Notes under the pieces: generated by a model
Database searches by the model: none
Seen by the model: only the letters and a program-made list of their open reading frames with translations
What the model was told of the DNA's origin: nothing
Program-made: the position numbers and the translations under genes
Shown: piece by piece, positions 58,049 through 64,000 of the stretch
Numbering within the stretch: the first letter of the stretch is position 1
How the letters are laid out: each line of letters opens with the position of its first letter
Assembly (NCBI GenBank): GCA_964016885.1
Contig: OZ024742.1
Span: 60,388,001 to 60,452,000, forward strand
DNA length: 64,000 nt
DNA from: Eledone cirrhosa
Taxonomy: Eukaryota
Direction: 5' to 3'

Positions 58049-59064
58049 AGATATCATAAACCTAAAGTTCTGTCCAAAATGCTTGTGGTAGAGCGATAAA
58101 CTCGTCTAAATACTACCACAAGGAAGGTTAAACAAGGATGTGGTTTATGGATCCCACCTAAGAAGGCCACAGAGATTAAAATAGTGTTGTTACTGTTGAT
58201 TTCCAATTTAGCCACAAGGCCAACAATTGGATGACGTGGGACGTTGATTAATTCCAGTACTTGACTGTTACCTTATTTTCTCGACTTCGAAATGATGAAA
58301 GGCAAAGTTGGCCTCTGCAGAATTTTAACTCAGAATGCAGAGAGCCACGACAAATACTCTTTCTCTCTTTGCATTTCATCCCTCTGTGGTCAATAAAATA
58401 AAGTACCAGTTTCCTACTTGGTTGATTCAATCGACTACTGGCCTTCTGCCTAAATTAGAAACGATTATGATTGTCTATTTTCCTTCTGAGTTCAAATTTT
58501 GCCGATATTAAATTTGTCTTCCATTTTTCCGGATCTATAAAGTGAGGTATAAGTTAAATACTCGGGTCTATGTATTCGACTTTCCCCTTGCCTAGAAATA
58601 ATTATTATGATTTATTTTTTGCTGAATATTCATGGAGGGCAGTTTAATAGACATGATCATACTTTACAGGTCATACGGAAACAGGGAAGTAACCTCAAAC
58701 AGGATATCAACTTCCATGCATAAATAGAATCGCGTCTTGTAAGGACAAGAGCCAGTTAGTGTCAAGCCGGAGGACAGATTAAGTCTATCATGCGAGTAAG
58801 TCACACCGTAATTGGAAATCAGAATGCAAAGAACCGGAAGAAATATTGCAAGACATCATGTCTAAAACTCTAAAATTTCTGAAATAAAGATGACTTCTCC
58901 ACAACCATCACCCCCACCACTGCTGTCGCCGCTGACGCCACGACCACAATTCTACTATTGCGTCTAATTTAGAAACAATTTCTATTAAAAGTTATATTAC
59001 CTTACGTTTATAATATTATTCATATATACACATAAAGCAGTAAATACACACAGACACACACACA

Positions 59065-59087
<23 letters not shown>

Positions 59088-59109
<22 letters not shown>

Positions 59110-59144
59110 CGCCTACCCGGGGTGTTATATATATGTATATATAA

Positions 59145-59176
<32 letters not shown>

Positions 59177-59195
59177 CTTTATATATATGTATATA

Positions 59196-59234
<39 letters not shown>

Positions 59235-59251
59235 TTATATATATGTATATA

Positions 59252-59295
<44 letters not shown>

Positions 59296-59340
59296 TATAT
59301 ACATATATATAAAGATATATATATATACATATATATTTAA

Positions 59341-59399
<59 letters not shown>

Positions 59400-59430
59400 A
59401 AGATATATATATATATATATATATATATGC
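59088..59430. repeat. Compound (TA)n array, representative of several dozen (TA)n, (CA)n and (GA)n tracts in the window
   Basis: Direct reading; internal higher-order units such as ctttatatatatgtatatataatta and tttaaagata. Confidence 0.95.
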
Positions 59431-60195
59431 ATATAGATGTACATATGTATACATCTTCATATACACAAGTGTATAGATAGGTATGCACCGTTATATATAT
59501 GTATATATATATTTAAGTGTATGCGTAAATATTTAATTATGCACTAACCACTGTAATATTTCTCACATTATCGCATTTTATTCACTTCCCTTTTCTCCTG
59601 ATGATTAAATCAACGGTCAAAATGTCACCCCTTCATTTTAGGTGGGTGTATAAAACGCCTACAGTTAATATTATCAGATTAACAAGACGACAAAATTGTA
59701 AACACTCTCCCGCATAATAAGATACAATGACAACAACAACAACAACACCCATAAAACAATAAAAGCCAATCAAATAAAAAATAAACAACAAGCAGCTGAA
59801 AAGGAAACGAATATTAATAGAAGTGCATGGTGTTACGGTTCTGTGAGTATAACAACGAATCGATTATTTATGAAGCAGTGTTTAATGTAGCGACCTGTCA
59901 ATAATGTAATGGAACTCAACATTATCGGTACAACAGATTTAAACAACTTGTTGTGTTGTGGCGACGGTGACTTAACGTTGTATACACACAGGTATTGGTT
60001 ATAAATTTAGTGGTAGTAAATAAATCGATGACGTTGATTATTATAGCGTACAATCAGCCATGTCAATATGGAGGCATAACGTAACGTGGAATCAGACTGG
60101 ATTATCCAGTCTGTTCTGACCAGATTTTCTTTTTTTGGCGGGGGAAGCAATATAACAAGGAACATGTCCATATCTATATGTATCTTCCTCCTCCC

Positions 60196-60497
<302 letters not shown>

Positions 60498-60527
60498 ATA
60501 TATATATATATATATATATACATACAT

Positions 60528-61046
60528 CTATCTACCAAAATGAATGCACTCTTAAAAAACACACAGATAATTTATAGCAGACGCCAAGCACCCAACCTTA
60601 AAAAACTAATTACCAAGGCAAAATTTACGACCAACATGGAATCAATGCAAGTGACGAAATGCGGGGACCCTAGATGTGGAACCTGTGAACTCATCGAAGA
60701 GGGCAAACAGTTGTCCTTCAAAAACCATGATAATTTCAAGGTCAATGCAAACATGAACTGCAAAACGAAAAACCTAATATATTGCGCAACATGTCCACAG
60801 TGTAAAGAGTATTACATTGGGGAAACCGGAACGGGATTACATGATAGAGTCCGGGTACATAAACAACAGATTAAAGACCCACAGTCAGAAATACCACATG
60901 TAGCGCACACTTTGCATCATGCGGGAAGGGAAAATTCACAATCTTCCCTTTCTTCAAGATATGGTCGGATAACGAACATTTCCGCAGATATAAAGAAGAA
61001 TTCTTCATTGAAAAATTTAAACCACTACTGAACACGAAAAAATGAA
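60528..61046 (+). pseudogene. Neptune-type PLE zinc-knuckle + GIY-YIG remnant; low-complexity 3' region probably to ~62720
   Basis: SRRQAPNLKKLITKAK..KCGDPRCGTC..NMNCKTKNLIYCATCPQCKEYYIGETGTGLHDRVRVHKQQI; after a frameshift EEFFIEKFKPLLN. Confidence 0.9.
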
Positions 61047-61685
61047 TTAACATCGGAGGTAAAATTCCATTTCACTACCCCCCCCCTCTTCTTATGTGTA
61101 CACATGGATATCTGAGTGGACGGTGAGACACACACATATATGTGTGTAGGTATGTATGGATGTATGTACGTGTGGGTATATATGTATGTGGGTGTGTGTA
61201 TGTGTGTGTCTATATATATATGGATGTGTGTATGTATGTATGTATGTATGTATGTGTGTGTGTATATATATATATATATATGTGTGTATGTATATATATA
61301 TTTATATGTATATGTATGTATGTGTATATTTGTGTATATATGTATATGTATATATATATAGGTATAGATATATGTTTATATGTGTGTGTATGTATATGGA
61401 TGTATCTATATGTGTGTGTGTGTATGTATGTGCATATATGTATATATGTGTCTTTATGTATTTTGTGTGTACATATATATATATATATATATATGTATAT
61501 GTATGTATGTATATGTATATATATATATATATGTATGTATATGTATGTGTATGTATGTATGTGTGTATGTATGTGTTTGTATGTGTATGTGTATGTGTAT
61601 ATATATATATATGTATATATATATAAATATATATATATGTGTATATATATGTATATGTGTGTATGTGTCTGTATGTGTTTATGTG

Positions 61686-61720
<35 letters not shown>

Positions 61721-61735
61721 ATGCCTCTCTCTCTC

Positions 61736-61766
<31 letters not shown>

Positions 61767-62715
61767 ATGTGTGTGTGTGTGTATGCATGTATGTGTGAAC
61801 GGATGTATATATACGGACATATGTATATATGTGTGTGTGTTGTGTGTGTGTGTGTGTACACGTGTGTGTGTGTGTATGTGTGTGTCTATGTGTATATATG
61901 TATATTTAGTTATGTATCTTTATGTGTGCATATATGTGTATATGTATGTATATATATATACCCATGTGTAGGTATGAGTACATATTCGTGTGTGTACGTA
62001 TGTGTATATGTGTTTTTATATGTGTCTTTATATGTTTTTTTATGTATGTATGTGGATGTATATGTACATGGGTGTGTGATTGATGGTGTGTGCCTATATA
62101 TTCCTACATATGCCCGTGTGTGTATGTACGTATATACGCACATATATGTGTGTTGAACAAAGGACTAATTTTGGGATGGACGTAGAAAAATTCTTCAGAA
62201 AAAAATAATTGTTTACAAGCTTGGCAGGTGCGGTTTGCCTGTGACCATTTTCGATATAAAGGAATACTAAAAGCTTTTTCCCCTGAATAAAGGAATTTTT
62301 CGAGAATGACCGGGACAGGCCGCGCTTGCTACATTTCTCCCTACCCAACCCTACTCACTCTCTCAACTCATTACTGGTATTAACATTTTTTCAACACACC
62401 TACACCCCTACACTTATTGAAGGGGGAGAAAAAAACCCCACCGCACCACAAACATGTTAAATCCCTATATATAGAGCAACACACCACATACACATCAGTT
62501 TGACAAGCGCACCTCAGCGTGAAAGGTCTTTCTATAAACGAAACAATACGTTAACCAAAAACTCCTAAGACCTAACCAACAACCAACGACTTAATTTATA
62601 AAATTTTTTGGGGATTTTGTGAAGAAAATAAATTTGTTGAAAGCACAAGTGAAGCCATTTTTTGCTTCCCCCCTGTCTTAATATACCTAACTGTATCAAG
62701 GATTACACACATTTT

Positions 62716-62774
<59 letters not shown>

Positions 62775-62775
62775 A

Positions 62776-63327
62776 GATAGATAAAATAAATCAAAGAACG
62801 CCTACATACTTATACAATTTTTATTCGCTAACAATGTTTCATCCATACCGTGGGGCAGGAATCCTCAGAGCGTAAACAATAAAAATATAATGCTGAATAT
62901 AAGCTCTACCAAGCTTAGTCACCAGAAGACTACAGAAACAGTAGAGGATAGCATGAGGGAGATTGGATATGAGAATGATGGAGAGAATGCATACTGGGTA
63001 TATTAGCCATACCCAGTACGCATTCTCTCCATCATTCTCATATCCAATCTGCCTCATGCTATCCTCTACTGTTTCTCTACTGTTCTTGTGACTAAGCTTG
63101 GTAGAGCTTATATTCAGCATTATATTTTTATTGTTTACGCTCTGAGGAATCCTGCCCCACGGTATGGATGAAACACTGTTAGCGAATAAAAATTGTATAA
63201 GTATGCAGGTGTTCTTTGATTATTTTTCTCTATAACGGCTCTGTTTCGTACATTGAGCTAATACGATATTGCAACAAATATGACACTGTGCAGATGTGCT
63301 TATGCACATATGATCCGTTGTCTACGT
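62776..63327. mobile_element. Fold-back with canonical HHRs (62826-62872 -, 63138-63184 +)
   Basis: ~215-bp arms around 63005; cgct-CTGAGGA-atcc tgcc ccac ggta t ggat-GAAA-cactg-TT-agcg. Confidence 0.9.
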
Positions 63328-63362
63328 ATATATATATATATATGTGTGTGTGTGTATATGTA

Positions 63363-63473
<111 letters not shown>

Positions 63474-63487
63474 GTGTGTGTGTGTGT

Positions 63488-63692
63488 GTAATAAACAACA
63501 CAATGTAATTATTCCATTACCCAAGGTTTCACGAAATCAGACGATTCTAGCAAAGGCGTCTTAGAATCGTCTGACTTCTTGAAACCTTGGGTAATAGAGT
63601 AATTATATTGTGTTTTTTTATTACATAATGAAATAGCTCTGTACTATACATAGCGCACTCTTGTTTCCTTTACCTTTTCCAGGGAAATATTT

Positions 63693-63695
<3 letters not shown>
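63488..63695. mobile_element. Short fold-back joined within HHR stem II, family of 10643-10995
   Basis: Arms 63488-63560 / 63571-63625; cgtctg..gaaaccttgggtaat..taattatatt and tail aaatagc.ctgt.ctatacatag shared. Confidence 0.8.
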
Positions 63696-63744
<49 letters not shown>

Positions 63745-63825
63745 GAAAAATTGAACAGGGACAGAACAGAGAGGCAGTACGATAAATGTTTATTAAATTC
63801 ACGCTCAGGAGAGTGGGGGGTAGGT

Positions 63826-63864
63826 GGGGGACGACGTTTCGGGCATAAGCCCTTCTTCAGGTGA
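63826..63864 (-). ncRNA. HHR-like core at the 3' end of a PLE-like element running off the window
   Basis: CTGAAGA-a-gggc ttat gccc-GAAA-cgtcg-TC; stem I does not pair locally; ~85 bp from (TA)n. Confidence 0.7.
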
Positions 63865-64000
63865 GAGTTCAAAAGGTGTGTAGGGGAGTGGTGGAGAGAC
63901 ATATAGCGAAAGGAAACGGTGCGAATGAAAAATTAACAGATAAAGACAAAAATATAATAAATAATAAATAAAAATAAAGCATGATCAAAATACAAGGAAT

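Overview
AT-rich, microsatellite-dense eukaryotic DNA with no recognisable host gene. The SINE family and repeat landscape point to an octopod cephalopod (inference). Most ORFs in the supplied track are (TA)n/(CA)n/(GA)n artefacts. The real content is: (i) decayed Penelope-like retroelements (PLEs), including one full-length RT+GIY-YIG copy at about 39.7-43.4 kb and several 5'-truncated GIY-YIG fragments of at least three sub-types; (ii) mariner and CRE-like relics, a Helentron/HINE-like element and many tRNA-derived SINEs; (iii) roughly 17 unrelated sequence families carrying type I hammerhead ribozyme (HHR)-like motifs, about 30 motif copies found by eye. Most HHR carriers sit in fold-back (inverted-repeat) insertions in or beside (TA)n tracts, with the element's 3' end facing outward on BOTH sides, and the two arms usually stop at two different points downstream of the ribozyme. 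Two junctions fall exactly on a predicted HHR cleavage site: an arm truncation at 33757 and an extra T-A7-G at 35517-35525. Two short non-coding units (317 bp and 468 bp) look like tandem retrozymes. All folds and alignments were done by eye and need computational confirmation.
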